Shown: positions 10,158-19,662, counted from the stretch's first letter. The stretch: DNA of 64,000 bases from a virus (IMGVR_UViG_3300027852_000034:33461-97460), one strand, 5' to 3'. A program made the numbers and translations. Notes: generated by a model not told the origin, from the letters alone.

Positions 10158-10166
10158 GGAACTGAA

Positions 10167-10370
10167 ATGTTTAAACCTTCTAATGTAAATCTATTTATGG
10201 GAGGGCAATTCAGATTAGATCCACATATAGAAACTGCTGAAGATTTAGCCGACTTATTTGATGCTTGGTCTAAGGAAGTTAAAACGTGGAACAAGGAAGA
10301 ATTGTCAGAAGTTGAAATTGTAAAAGGAGAAATAGTGGTCACATTAAAAGAAGGCATACCATTGTGCTAG
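10167..10370 (+). CDS. hypothetical protein
   Basis: ORF 67 aa. Confidence 0.45.
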   Translation: MFKPSNVNLFMGGQFRLDPHIETAEDLADLFDAWSKEVKTWNKEELSEVEIVKGEIVVTLKEGIPLC

Positions 10371-10564
10371 GAAAAGACAAGGAAACTGTTGAAAATCTTA
10401 AACTTGAACTACAGCACCTACGTCAAATTATTGAAAAGATTCAATTGACTGTAACACTAGCAGAAGATTGGTCAGACCGACAACTGATGCCAGAATCTAG
10501 TATTACAATGTCGGCTCTAAAAGACATCAGGCGCATTGTACGAACATCGAAACTTGATTCCTAG
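10364..10564 (+). CDS. hypothetical protein
   Basis: ORF 66 aa. Confidence 0.45.
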   Translation: MLGKDKETVENLKLELQHLRQIIEKIQLTVTLAEDWSDRQLMPESSITMSALKDIRRIVRTSKLDS

Positions 10565-10571
10565 TTACATA

Positions 10572-10608
10572 GGGCAGCCGCTCCCCAGTTTAGGCTGTCC
10601 TTTTTTTT
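10572..10608 (+). terminator. rho-independent terminator
   Basis: GGGCAGCC...GGCTGTCC hairpin followed by T8. Confidence 0.7.
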
Positions 10609-10644
10609 GGTTAAAATACAAGGAGTTACTTGTAAGATCAAATA

Positions 10645-10668
10645 GGTTATTATATACTTTATATAGTA
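10645..10668 (+). promoter_or_regulatory. class-A promoter-like motif
   Basis: GGTTATTATATACTTTATATAGTA upstream of gene 10709. Confidence 0.55.
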
Positions 10669-10708
10669 GCAAAATAACTACCAGTTACAACGTCACAGGA
10701 GACGATGA

Positions 10709-10912
10709 ATGACTACTATAATCGACACACCTGAAAAAATTGATGCTTTTCGTATCTTAACCTTGAAGTCCGCATTAAAGCTAGAGATCAAAGGAATGAA
10801 ACGCAGAGGACGATCTGTGTATTCCATAGTTAAAGAGGAGTTTGGATTTACAGGCAGCAAACAAAAAGTCTATGACCAACTCTGTGAATACGTGGACAAC
10901 AACTTACTATAA
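10709..10912 (+). CDS. hypothetical protein
   Basis: ORF 67 aa, CAGGAGACGATGAATG RBS. Confidence 0.5.
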   Translation: MTTIIDTPEKIDAFRILTLKSALKLEIKGMKRRGRSVYSIVKEEFGFTGSKQKVYDQLCEYVDNNLL

Positions 10913-10924
10913 CAAGGAAAGATA

Positions 10925-11146
10925 ATGAGTGTACTAGCATGTAATAGAGGTAATTGTGACCATGTCATGTGTGATAGACATTCTAACGAATATGGTTACA
11001 TTTGTTCCGACTGCTTCAATGACCTCATAAAACTAGGAATACATACGGATATAGCCGCATTTATGCGTACTAACCCTCCTAAACCTGGGGACCTAAAAGA
11101 AGAGTATCCGTATGAACTGTTTCACTCTCTTTTCCCCTTTGCATAA
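10925..11146 (+). CDS. Zn-finger hypothetical protein
   Basis: ORF 73 aa, CNRGNCDHVMCDRH...CSDC. Confidence 0.5.
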   Translation: MSVLACNRGNCDHVMCDRHSNEYGYICSDCFNDLIKLGIHTDIAAFMRTNPPKPGDLKEEYPYELFHSLFPFA

Positions 11147-11156
11147 AGGTAACAAT

Positions 11157-11618
11157 ATGAAAACCTTACACAGTTGGAATGATTTAAAACCTTTCGGTAT
11201 CAACATACTCACTGGAGAAGCATGTTCTTACAGCATGAGACTTCTATGTGATCTTAACGAAGATGGTGTAGAAATCTTCGAACACTTTCTTTCCGTAAGA
11301 CGTGAAGGATTTGCAGATAACTGGAACACTTATGTAGGTGAAAAAGCTGCAATAGCCAGCATAATGATACCTTACACCATTTTCAGAGATCTTACAACCT
11401 TCATACTACTGTACAAAGGACATGATTATGTAATGTCCACTGAAACCACTGTCATAGGTATGACTACAGAAGAATACAAAAAACATTCTGATGATCTAAA
11501 AGATTCCTTTCTATCAGAAACAGGTCAGGTACAAACCTCAATAAACCCTGCAACATTCAGCAAGGCTCCGAATGTTGGTGGCCGTAACGTTCATTCATTC
11601 ACAGGAAGGATAGAGTAA
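11157..11618 (+). CDS. hypothetical protein
   Basis: ORF track 11112..11618 trimmed to MKTLHSW (AAGGTAACAATATG). Confidence 0.5.
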   Translation: MKTLHSWNDLKPFGINILTGEACSYSMRLLCDLNEDGVEIFEHFLSVRREGFADNWNTYVGEKAAIASIMIPYTIFRDLTTFILLYKGHDYVMSTETTVIGMTTEEYKKHSDDLKDSFLSETGQVQTSINPATFSKAPNVGGRNVHSFTGRIE

Positions 11619-12055
11619 TGAAAAAGATTACCAAGTATGTAGCCGATGATGGAGCAGAATTCAATACCCTCGAAGGATGTTTACTCTATGAAAAGCACAC
11701 CCTCGAAGTTGAAGCCGTTGTTATGCGACTACCAGAAGTACCAGATATACCTGCATGCGGCTTTGCAAACGGAGCAGGTTATATCCAACATGATAAAAAT
11801 ACCTTTCTGTCTGTTCGTAAAGAACTACTAGAACTAACAAAACAGCATACCAGCCATAGATGGATACAAGAAAGTATTGATGATAATTCCGTACACCCCA
11901 GCTATGCAGGACGCATTATTGATGAATTGAGATTAAAAGCACTACGAAATGCTTGGTTTAGAATCTCTTGTACAGATGAATCTTTTAGAGAGTGGGGACA
12001 ACCTTTCTATGCTGCCAATCCAGACAAAGCAAAACAGATACAACTAAACCCATAA
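11618..12055 (+). CDS. hypothetical protein
   Basis: ORF 145 aa. Confidence 0.55.
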   Translation: MKKITKYVADDGAEFNTLEGCLLYEKHTLEVEAVVMRLPEVPDIPACGFANGAGYIQHDKNTFLSVRKELLELTKQHTSHRWIQESIDDNSVHPSYAGRIIDELRLKALRNAWFRISCTDESFREWGQPFYAANPDKAKQIQLNP

Positions 12056-12108
12056 ATGTCCTCAATGCTAATAATAACTAGCACACATCACACACGATTA
12101 CTTAGATT

Positions 12109-12151
12109 TGACGCTATATAACGCTGTTTAAGCTGCGTTCTTAACAAAGTA
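12109..12151. repeat. 43-bp inverted-repeat copy A (partner at 32856..32898)
   Basis: TGACGCTATATAACGCTGTTTAAGCTGCGTTCTTAACAAAGTA is the reverse complement of 32856..32898 with one mismatch; both copies intergenic. Confidence 0.8.
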
Positions 12152-12241
12152 ATAGCAGTGTACAACTTGCACATTACCTCAGCGTACACAGCATGTAAAC
12201 AGCAAGGTACTAATTACAAATTCCTGTTGTGAGATCATATA

Positions 12242-12267
12242 GGTTGCTATATACTTTATATAGTACA
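12242..12267 (+). promoter_or_regulatory. class-A promoter-like motif
   Basis: GGTTGCTATATACTTTATATAGTACAAAA; ~45-bp block near-identical to 17915..17960. Confidence 0.55.
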
Positions 12268-12303
12268 AAACGCACTACCAAGCAACTATCACAGGATATA
12301 ATC

Positions 12304-12522
12304 ATGCTAATTACACGTAGATCTATATTAACCCAAATAGAAAGAACTTTGGAGATACCTGTAACTCGTACACAATTGACTGCTTGGATAAATGGTACCT
12401 TTATTCAAATCGCTATGCCTAATCTAACAGCTAACGAAAGAGAATTCCTAATGACAGGGGTTGTCCAGGAAGAATGGGATGAATTTTTCATAGAAGAAGA
12501 TGGAATAGATGCACTGTCATGA
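12304..12522 (+). CDS. hypothetical protein
   Basis: ORF track 12229..12522 trimmed to MLITRRS, the first ATG downstream of the promoter motif. Confidence 0.45.
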   Translation: MLITRRSILTQIERTLEIPVTRTQLTAWINGTFIQIAMPNLTANEREFLMTGVVQEEWDEFFIEEDGIDALS

Positions 12523-12553
12523 CAGATTTTACCATAGTAGTAAGGGTAGCAGT

Positions 12554-12718
12554 ATGAAATGTACTGGTTGTCAACAAAAGAAAAAGGAACTAGATCTACT
12601 CAAAAAACGTATAGAGGAGTTAGAGATAGCCCTCACAGCTATGAATCATCCAGTACAAAATTATATACCAAAATTAGATAAAACTGTGGATGAAATTTTA
12701 CAAAAAGGTGAAAAATGA
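12554..12718 (+). CDS. small coiled-coil protein
   Basis: ORF track 12509..12718 trimmed to MKCTGCQQKKKELD (AGTAAGGGTAGCAGTATG). Confidence 0.4.
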   Translation: MKCTGCQQKKKELDLLKKRIEELEIALTAMNHPVQNYIPKLDKTVDEILQKGEK

Positions 12719-12945
12719 ATCTACAAATGAAAAAAATTGAAGAATGGGAAATAGTAGGTAACGCCCATCATGATCGTAAATTGTTTGATCTTGTACATGA
12801 AGTTCTGATGTCAGAAGACTTTGACATGCTTGACAAAATCAAAGCTCTTAGAAAGCTAGATGCAGCTATGGGAGAAAGCGGCGTAGTTACTGCAAAGGAT
12901 ATTGAAAATTATATCAGAGTTGAATCAGGAGAAGTACCAGTATGA
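12715..12945 (+). CDS. hypothetical protein
   Basis: ORF 76 aa. Confidence 0.5.
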   Translation: MNLQMKKIEEWEIVGNAHHDRKLFDLVHEVLMSEDFDMLDKIKALRKLDAAMGESGVVTAKDIENYIRVESGEVPV

Positions 12946-13163
12946 AAAATGTCGGCGTAAGAATACACTTATGGGAAAAAGGAGACAGAGTACATACGTA
13001 TGAAGGAATAGGAACGGTTATGGAAGATGAAGAAATTCCAAACCTACCTAGCGATGTCTATTACCGAATCGTAAAAGTTAAATTGGATGAAGGCACATCT
13101 AGCCATCCTAACGGAATCATTGACATTGAAAGCCCTGAATCAATATTTTTAATAAATGAATGA
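12942..13163 (+). CDS. hypothetical protein
   Basis: ORF 73 aa. Confidence 0.5.
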   Translation: MKNVGVRIHLWEKGDRVHTYEGIGTVMEDEEIPNLPSDVYYRIVKVKLDEGTSSHPNGIIDIESPESIFLINE

Positions 13164-13470
13164 GAAGGATCCAAAATGTGTAAGGTGCGGGTACTGTTGT
13201 AGCAAAATACCATGCCCCTATGGAAAAAAAGGCACAAACTCTGATGCCTGCATCTACTTAAAAGAAAGTTACACAAATGGAGAGGTTACTATCTATGAGT
13301 GCGAAAGATATGACTACATCAAGCAACAGCCAGGAAGTGACTGGTGCCCTGCGTTCGGAGCTGGATGCAGTTCGTCCCTATTCAACGACAGAAGAGCCAA
13401 TGTCCTGTCTGCTGTCAGAAGAGGAACAGATTCAGTTATTGTTTCTCTTGTTGAAAGCACTGGCTCATAA
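13156..13470 (+). CDS. Cys-rich hypothetical protein (overlaps next ORF in another frame)
   Basis: ORF 104 aa, CVRCGYCCSKIPC; ~190-nt out-of-frame overlap with 13277..13630. Confidence 0.4.
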   Translation: MNEKDPKCVRCGYCCSKIPCPYGKKGTNSDACIYLKESYTNGEVTIYECERYDYIKQQPGSDWCPAFGAGCSSSLFNDRRANVLSAVRRGTDSVIVSLVESTGS

Positions 13471-13630
13471 TGTCCTGTCACGAGATCAATGGATGCTGTC
13501 TATGTACAACATGATCGACACAGCAAAAGCAAAAGGATTTTCTGAAGAACATATAGTCCAATTCGCAAATGATACATTGGAAAAGGTGTTCTCAGAACAA
13601 AAGAAAAACCCTATGAGTACCATGTTCTAA
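13277..13630 (+). CDS. hypothetical protein (start uncertain; possible frameshift partner of 13156..13470)
   Basis: ORF 117 aa; internal starts at ~13295 or ~13400 possible. Confidence 0.4.
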   Translation: MERLLSMSAKDMTTSSNSQEVTGALRSELDAVRPYSTTEEPMSCLLSEEEQIQLLFLLLKALAHNVLSRDQWMLSMYNMIDTAKAKGFSEEHIVQFANDTLEKVFSEQKKNPMSTMF

Positions 13631-13641
13631 AGGAGAATGAA

Positions 13642-14055
13642 ATGGCTGCTGATCTACATATACATGCAATGAAAGATGTTACTGAACATGATTTAAAAGT
13701 GTTCTTTTCACATACTTTAGGTTCTAAATGGTTCGATCTAACCATAGATTCTAAGTATGATGGACCTGGAGAAAAGGCTGTTGCAAAGAGTCCTTCTGTA
13801 TGGATATGTGAAGTATCCTGGTTAAAAGCTGCTCTGTTTGAAGATGCTGAAGAGTTCATTCCTGATCTAGCCTCTGAAATTAGTGATCTTATAGGAGAAG
13901 AATTACCTATAATCGATGACAGTATGATTAAAGCTGTAGAACTAATTTTCAAAAACATGAAAGAACATGAATTTTACAATCAAGCCGATGAAGCCCCTGT
14001 ACTTGATTTCTTGAAAGCGCATAAAGGGCTACGTGCATTTACGGTTAGTTGGTAA
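13642..14055 (+). CDS. hypothetical protein
   Basis: ORF 137 aa, AAGGAGAATGAAATG RBS. Confidence 0.55.
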   Translation: MAADLHIHAMKDVTEHDLKVFFSHTLGSKWFDLTIDSKYDGPGEKAVAKSPSVWICEVSWLKAALFEDAEEFIPDLASEISDLIGEELPIIDDSMIKAVELIFKNMKEHEFYNQADEAPVLDFLKAHKGLRAFTVSW

Positions 14056-14066
14056 AGGAGAATTAA

Positions 14067-14300
14067 ATGTTACCTAAAAAAGGACGTAAAGAAATAACTG
14101 TAGATGGTGTTCTTTACCATTATATGGTTAAAGACCACACTAGAGTAACAATCAGAAACAATGAAACAGGTGAAATTATTAAATGGTATGAAGATCATAA
14201 ACCAAAATGGAATGTTCAAATAAAACCTAGTGATATAGCACAGATTATTAGGATAGAAAATCCTGGCCTTATGCCTAAATTACAAAGGAAACAAAAATGA
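14067..14300 (+). CDS. hypothetical protein
   Basis: ORF 77 aa, AAGGAGAATTAAATG RBS. Confidence 0.5.
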   Translation: MLPKKGRKEITVDGVLYHYMVKDHTRVTIRNNETGEIIKWYEDHKPKWNVQIKPSDIAQIIRIENPGLMPKLQRKQK

Positions 14301-14713
14301 CCCGTGATACTAAAGGCTGGATTATATCAATTACCCTCAGTATACTGGCTGCAGGTTTTGTACTGGCTATTGTAAAAATCATTTCAGACCATATGATCAA
14401 AACCGATAAAACCCTAGCATATTACGAGAATCATAAAGTTCGCAACTTGATTGTTCCAGCTAAATCAAAAGACGGAGTACCATTAGAAGTAACAATTGCA
14501 CACCCTGGTAAATTTAGTGAACAACGCACTTTACTGGTTAGGCGTATAGCTCGTCAAATAGCATCAGAGTTTGTATATAAGGATACAGTTTACGCAGAAA
14601 TTAAGCTTGAAAGGAAGCTAGAAAAGAAAAACATTCCAATTAACATAACCACCATCAAAAAACCACGTAAAGTTTATTTGTGTGACGAGCGTGGCTGTGA
14701 TTTCGTCAACTAA
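14297..14713 (+). CDS. membrane-anchored hypothetical protein
   Basis: ORF 138 aa, N-terminal TM helix. Confidence 0.55.
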   Translation: MTRDTKGWIISITLSILAAGFVLAIVKIISDHMIKTDKTLAYYENHKVRNLIVPAKSKDGVPLEVTIAHPGKFSEQRTLLVRRIARQIASEFVYKDTVYAEIKLERKLEKKNIPINITTIKKPRKVYLCDERGCDFVN

Positions 14714-14724
14714 GGAGAATTCAA

Positions 14725-15033
14725 ATGGGAATCTATATTAATCCTAGCGATACCTTAAAAGAAGATTGGTTACATGAGAATGCTACTAAAGAGCATGATT
14801 TTTTAACCCGTATTGTATGGAACAAAATTCCTAAAAATCATCTACCTGTCTGTCTAGTAGATAACGGAGCATTCACTGCTGCTGGTGTAGCTTTCAATGA
14901 AAAAGAATTTGATCATTTTGATGATCCTTCAGACAGACGTTTAAAACTTTGGTTCATAGTTGAAATTAAGAAACTTCTGGAAGTGCTAGATTCTAATGAT
15001 TGCGAATGTCTTTTGAAAAGACTAAAGGAGTAA
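14725..15033 (+). CDS. hypothetical protein
   Basis: ORF 102 aa, AAGGAGAATTCAAATG RBS. Confidence 0.55.
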   Translation: MGIYINPSDTLKEDWLHENATKEHDFLTRIVWNKIPKNHLPVCLVDNGAFTAAGVAFNEKEFDHFDDPSDRRLKLWFIVEIKKLLEVLDSNDCECLLKRLKE

Positions 15034-15036
15034 TCA

Positions 15037-15477
15037 ATGGTTATAGAAGAATGGGAAACAGAACCTAACTTTTTAGAAGGTGATTTCTACGGTCTACATT
15101 GTCGAATAGTGCGAAATGATCTGGGAACCTTATGTGGATATGTAGCTGTACCTAAAAAACATCCATATTTTAAATACACTGATTACTATGAACCGCCCGT
15201 ATGTGATCTGAAAGTACATGGAGGAATCACGTATTTAGAAATACATAAAGGTCCTGTAAAAGTGTACGGATTTGATTGCGGCCATTTTGGTGACATCTGT
15301 CCTAAATTTCCAAGAAACTTTCCACAACATGGCACATACAAAAATATAGAGTATGTTAAGCAACAGGTCGAAAATTTAGCAAAACAACTTGCAGGGAACG
15401 CCAAAGAAAAAGAGAAAAAGAAAAAAGATATCTGGTTACCTAAACTTTCCTTACAGGAGAACCTTCAGACTAACTAA
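15037..15477 (+). CDS. hypothetical protein
   Basis: ORF 146 aa. Confidence 0.55.
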   Translation: MVIEEWETEPNFLEGDFYGLHCRIVRNDLGTLCGYVAVPKKHPYFKYTDYYEPPVCDLKVHGGITYLEIHKGPVKVYGFDCGHFGDICPKFPRNFPQHGTYKNIEYVKQQVENLAKQLAGNAKEKEKKKKDIWLPKLSLQENLQTN

Positions 15478-15496
15478 ACATGTTGCATTTTTATAA

Positions 15497-15518
15497 GGTA
15501 TAAATTATATATAATGTA
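15497..15518 (+). promoter_or_regulatory. class-A promoter-like motif
   Basis: GGTATAAATTATATATAATGTA upstream of gene 15546. Confidence 0.5.
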
Positions 15519-15545
15519 AGCATGTAACAACACAAGAGGTGCAAC

Positions 15546-15995
15546 ATGATTACTTCAGCAAGTGATCTATTTGAAGAATGGTTGGGAAGTATAAAATATT
15601 CTGCTGATTCTACTGCAGGTAAAAGCTATCCATTCTTTGTACGTGTAGGCTGTGTAAAAATGGCTGCACCACGACATGGAAGATTTCAATACATATTGAA
15701 CTTAGGATATACAGATATAGATAGGATTTTTTCTGGTGCTCCTTTTAAAAAATCTGAGCTTACTTTTGTTTTTCCTGAACGCTATATGGGTGTGCATGAA
15801 CAACGAGGGTTTATGGATACTCTAACCAAACATCCTGACGTTGTATCAATCAAAACAGTGGATATAATTACCTCATCTCCTTTAATACTAGGTGACTTTT
15901 ATAAAGAACAAATCCGTATAATAACTTGGGATGATGATGCAAAGCACAACGGTAATCCTAATTTTGGTAAGGTAAAGATAGAGAAGGCTGTATGA
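15546..15995 (+). CDS. hypothetical protein
   Basis: ORF 149 aa, AAGAGGTGCAACATG RBS. Confidence 0.55.
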   Translation: MITSASDLFEEWLGSIKYSADSTAGKSYPFFVRVGCVKMAAPRHGRFQYILNLGYTDIDRIFSGAPFKKSELTFVFPERYMGVHEQRGFMDTLTKHPDVVSIKTVDIITSSPLILGDFYKEQIRIITWDDDAKHNGNPNFGKVKIEKAV

Positions 15996-16684
15996 TTGCA
16001 TGGCGACATAAGAAAACAGGTAGATGGTTAGTAATTGATGATCGACATACCCATACAAAATTGAGTACCACGTATTCATTTACGGACAACATAAATGCGG
16101 CTTCTACAGGTCTACCTTCTTTCGAAATTAGAAAAGAAGTGGAACCAATAGAAGTAAAGATCACTAGAACAGTAGAAATTATTGAGGAGAAACATATGGC
16201 TACAAGTGATGTACCAGGAGCAAAGAGTGTCCATAACGATGTATTAGCTATGGGGTGTTGGGCAGAACATGAAGATGGCAGTCTTATCCTTGTAGAGTCT
16301 ACAGAAAACGGACGTATTATTTTCTCCGTGTTTGATGTAGCAACAGACCCCATTACTGAATACAGAGATTCGATGCCTGATTCTGGATTCAAACAAAACT
16401 TTTCATGGGATCCTAAAAAGAAAGATTCACTACACTGGACTTGGCACGATAAAACACCTTTCCCCTGGAGCCGTGTTATCAAAGACGGTGCTAAAGATGG
16501 TCTACGCCATGTCCATGCAGATGATCTCCTTAACGCTGCACAAAAAGTAGCAAGATCACGCAAAATGAGATCACAAGATTTTGATCCTGAAAGTATTGAT
16601 CATATGCAGGATATTCAACGCAATAAACCTGCACGTTCTATCATTACTAGAATCCAAAATGCTATTGATCAATTAAGAGGATAA
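15992..16684 (+). CDS. hypothetical protein (230 aa)
   Basis: Long ORF in + operon; preferred over antisense 201-aa shadow ORF 15958..16563. Confidence 0.6.
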   Translation: MIAWRHKKTGRWLVIDDRHTHTKLSTTYSFTDNINAASTGLPSFEIRKEVEPIEVKITRTVEIIEEKHMATSDVPGAKSVHNDVLAMGCWAEHEDGSLILVESTENGRIIFSVFDVATDPITEYRDSMPDSGFKQNFSWDPKKKDSLHWTWHDKTPFPWSRVIKDGAKDGLRHVHADDLLNAAQKVARSRKMRSQDFDPESIDHMQDIQRNKPARSIITRIQNAIDQLRG

Positions 16685-16686
16685 AT

Positions 16687-17010
16687 ATGACTGACGTACC
16701 TATTGCCTCTGAGCATAAAAATACAGGCAAAGTTAAAACAGATCTGCACTGTACCGATTGCAGTAAAAACTTTATTGCCACTATAGATTATGACATAGAT
16801 GGCGACCATGTAATTGTATGCCCTTACTGTGGACATGAACATTGTAGAGTAATAGAAAACGGCATCGTTACCGGACAAAGATGGTCATCCAGAAACAGTA
16901 ATCCTACAGAAGCTAGAACACAAAAACTATGGACAGATGATAGTAGAAAAATACAAACCTCTAGTGCCTCTCATTTCCTACGGGAAAGATGGTTGAATAT
17001 GGGAGTATGA
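16687..17010 (+). CDS. Zn-ribbon hypothetical protein
   Basis: ORF 107 aa, CTDC...CPYCGHEHC. Confidence 0.55.
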   Translation: MTDVPIASEHKNTGKVKTDLHCTDCSKNFIATIDYDIDGDHVIVCPYCGHEHCRVIENGIVTGQRWSSRNSNPTEARTQKLWTDDSRKIQTSSASHFLRERWLNMGV

Positions 17011-17011
17011 T

Positions 17012-17770
17012 ATGGCAGTCATTAGAAGTGATCAAAATCTTACAACCAAACCTATAAAAACTAAACAACATAATAACTGGGTTACTTCTACCAGAAATGC
17101 TACCACTACCTCCAGCACTACTGGAACCTATATTACAACAAGTTCTGCTTCAGGAAGTTATACCACTGCTATAGATGTTTGGTATGATTCTGGTGATATG
17201 AACGATGATGTATATGAATACATCTTAAACGACCACAGACATCAAATAAGTCGAGAAGAATTCCGTCAACAAATCGAAAGGATGTCTCCTGATGAATTAA
17301 CCAAAATACTTGCAAAATTAACTACTCTCAAATTAACCTCAGCAATTAAAATCCACTTAAAAGATGGTTCAGTAATTGATGTAGATGCAACAGGTAATTA
17401 TAAAATCTTAGATAATGACGCTAAGGTTACGTACAAAGCTAATAGACAAAGGGAATTTAATAAATACGTCAATGCCTCTGATCTATTAGAGGACTTTATA
17501 AAAGATTTAGGTAAGTTAGGTGCAAGACAAAAAGATGTGTTAGATACACCTATAGAATTGTTTATCACCTGGTTAATCTTAAGAGCAGCAGAACAAGACG
17601 GTGATGTATCACCAGACTTACCTAAACTAGAATCGCAGATAAACAAACAACCACACTGCAAATTCTGTGGACGCTTCATTAAGAATGCCCTTGTACATCA
17701 AGGATTTAATTTCTGCAATCCGTTCCATGCAGAACGCCATTTCAACAAACTAATACCGCAAATATCATGA
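17012..17770 (+). CDS. hypothetical protein with S/T-rich N-terminus
   Basis: ORF 252 aa. Confidence 0.6.
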   Translation: MAVIRSDQNLTTKPIKTKQHNNWVTSTRNATTTSSTTGTYITTSSASGSYTTAIDVWYDSGDMNDDVYEYILNDHRHQISREEFRQQIERMSPDELTKILAKLTTLKLTSAIKIHLKDGSVIDVDATGNYKILDNDAKVTYKANRQREFNKYVNASDLLEDFIKDLGKLGARQKDVLDTPIELFITWLILRAAEQDGDVSPDLPKLESQINKQPHCKFCGRFIKNALVHQGFNFCNPFHAERHFNKLIPQIS

Positions 17771-17925
17771 TTCCTTTAAATCTAACTGACGAAGATTTTG
17801 AATACCTATTAGAGAAGTTAGGAGAAGTAGAAGATGAAGGACCGCCTGGTTACGGATGGAAAAGTCTAAAACTTATAGATTTCATTAGGTACTTGGAAGA
17901 AATGAAACGAGAAAACTTGTGAGAT
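17767..17925 (+). CDS. small acidic hypothetical protein (52 aa)
   Basis: ATG overlaps previous stop; below ORF-track cutoff; read manually. Confidence 0.3.
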
Positions 17926-17931
17926 CATTAA

Positions 17932-17957
17932 GGTCACTATATACTATATATAGTACA
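17932..17957 (+). promoter_or_regulatory. class-A promoter-like motif
   Basis: GGTCACTATATACTATATATAGTACAAAA; near-duplicate of 12242 copy. Confidence 0.55.
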
Positions 17958-17988
17958 AAAGCATAACTCTACACAGGAGAACATAGGT

Positions 17989-18297
17989 ATGAAAATGTTG
18001 ACACAAGCCCTGATCAAGAAGATCCCGCCCCTATACACGCATGAAAAAAGCCATCCTGAAGATGTCCCTGTTGTTGTGAAATTCTTCACACCCTGGTCTA
18101 ACTGGACTTGGTACGTAACTGAAGGTGAAAAACAAGAAAATGGGGATTGGTACTTTTTCGGTTATGTAAAAGGCTTTGCAAACGAACTAGGTTATTTCCT
18201 GCTTTCTGAACTTACAGGAGTAACTGGTCCTGCTGGTCTCAAGATAGAACGAGACATTCACTTTGAGGGCAAAACTCTCGCTGATATAATGGATTAA
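17989..18297 (+). CDS. hypothetical protein
   Basis: ORF 102 aa, CAGGAGAACATAGGTATG RBS. Confidence 0.55.
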   Translation: MKMLTQALIKKIPPLYTHEKSHPEDVPVVVKFFTPWSNWTWYVTEGEKQENGDWYFFGYVKGFANELGYFLLSELTGVTGPAGLKIERDIHFEGKTLADIMD

Positions 18298-18312
18298 TAC
18301 GGAGAAGTAGCT

Positions 18313-18522
18313 ATGTTATTTGGAGAGTATATTCATCTGCTGAGAAAATTTGTTGAAGATAATCCTGAGTCTATTCATAAAGAGGTTGTCACAAGTGGAG
18401 ATGATGAAGGGAACTTCTTTAATCGAGTGCATTACGCACCTTCACTTGGCATCTTAGATGAAGATGATGAATTTACCACTGCTTCAGATTCATCCAAAGC
18501 TAATTGTGTTTGCTTAAATTAG
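18313..18522 (+). CDS. hypothetical protein
   Basis: ORF 69 aa. Confidence 0.45.
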   Translation: MLFGEYIHLLRKFVEDNPESIHKEVVTSGDDEGNFFNRVHYAPSLGILDEDDEFTTASDSSKANCVCLN

Positions 18523-18531
18523 AAGCACAAT

Positions 18532-18738
18532 ATGGTTAAATTGATATATGGTTACACAGGTATAGGTTTGCCTGTACCTAAAATCTCTTTCATAACCTGT
18601 AAGCGTTGTGGAAATAATTTAACCAATGCCCCGCACTATCTTAAATACTATGGTTGCAATATATGTGATGCTTGGGTAACTGAAGTGGATATCAAATCCA
18701 AACTTTTAACAGCCCTAAACACGGAAGATGTTAATTAA
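18532..18738 (+). CDS. Zn-ribbon hypothetical protein
   Basis: ORF 68 aa, CKRCG...CNIC. Confidence 0.45.
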   Translation: MVKLIYGYTGIGLPVPKISFITCKRCGNNLTNAPHYLKYYGCNICDAWVTEVDIKSKLLTALNTEDVN

Positions 18739-18921
18739 ATGAGTATATCGAAAGTAATCAGTATTATATGCGATCAATGTTCAAATCATTTTACTGGTGT
18801 TTCATACGAACAGTTGTCAGTAAAAGAGGCACGAAGAGCAGCTACTAAAGCTGGATGGAAATGTACTAGACCAGGAACAAAAACCTATGATCTTTGTCCT
18901 TCTTGTATAAAGGGCAATTAA
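18739..18921 (+). CDS. Zn-ribbon hypothetical protein
   Basis: ORF 60 aa, CDQC...CPSC. Confidence 0.45.
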   Translation: MSISKVISIICDQCSNHFTGVSYEQLSVKEARRAATKAGWKCTRPGTKTYDLCPSCIKGN

Positions 18922-19215
18922 ATGTACCGTGAAGATTTAATGAAAATGGCTGCTGAAAAAGCCATAAATGAATTAGATTGGAAAAGTATTGAATGGCTTT
19001 TTAAACCTGTTGATCAATTTACATTACTTTTAAGATTAGATTTCAAAGGAATGAAAAGTAAAATATATGATTGGATTCTTGATGATTCACCTAGTGCTAT
19101 GCCACACAGATTCAGACCACCATATACAAAAATTATGTTAAGAGCAATTGAAGCAGAAGAATTTTACAGGGTACTTAAAAAATTACATGACAACGAGGAG
19201 CAACGAAATGCCTAA
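18922..19215 (+). CDS. hypothetical protein
   Basis: ORF 97 aa. Confidence 0.5.
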   Translation: MYREDLMKMAAEKAINELDWKSIEWLFKPVDQFTLLLRLDFKGMKSKIYDWILDDSPSAMPHRFRPPYTKIMLRAIEAEEFYRVLKKLHDNEEQRNA

Positions 19216-19411
19216 ATGTAAATATCCAGATATAGAAGTACAGTTAGTCGGCAATGATGGAAATGCTTTTTCTATTATAGGTGCAGTGTCAAAAGCCTTA
19301 AAAAGGGCAAATGTACCTATAGAAGAAGTTAAGTTATTCCAAGAAGAGGCTATGTCAGGAGACTACGACAACGTCCTTAGGACCTGTATGAATTGGGTGG
19401 ATGTGACGTAA
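19208..19411 (+). CDS. hypothetical protein
   Basis: ORF track 19148..19411 trimmed to MPKCKYPD (GGAGCAACGAAATG). Confidence 0.45.
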   Translation: MPKCKYPDIEVQLVGNDGNAFSIIGAVSKALKRANVPIEEVKLFQEEAMSGDYDNVLRTCMNWVDVT

Positions 19412-19662
19412 TGGGTGATATAGCAGACATGATGTTGGATGGTACACTTTGTCAATTTTGTGGAGACTTTATGGGCGGAGAAGGTGACGGATTTCCTGTA
19501 ACGTGTTCTGCTTGTCAAGTAGAGAATAATTGTAACGAATTTGGACTACCTAAAAAACCTCCAGCTAAAAAAGTTAAATGTCCTCAATGTGGGAAAAAGG
19601 TGAAAGAAGCTGGATTAGAAATGCATCAAAAAGACGTACACGGGACTATTAAAAATGACTGA
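19393..19662 (+). CDS. Zn-finger hypothetical protein
   Basis: ORF 89 aa, CQFCG...CSAC...CPQCGKK. Confidence 0.5.
   Translation: MGGCDVMGDIADMMLDGTLCQFCGDFMGGEGDGFPVTCSACQVENNCNEFGLPKKPPAKKVKCPQCGKKVKEAGLEMHQKDVHGTIKND

Noticed and set aside
15958-16563. 201-aa minus-strand ORF, plus other antisense ORFs (2920-3249, 3496-3729, 3901-4236, 13611-13958, 49475-49753, 50003-50284)
   Set aside because: These are shadow ORFs lying entirely inside + strand genes of a tightly packed, RBS-supported + strand operon array. They have no promoter, RBS or terminator on the - strand and low-complexity composition.
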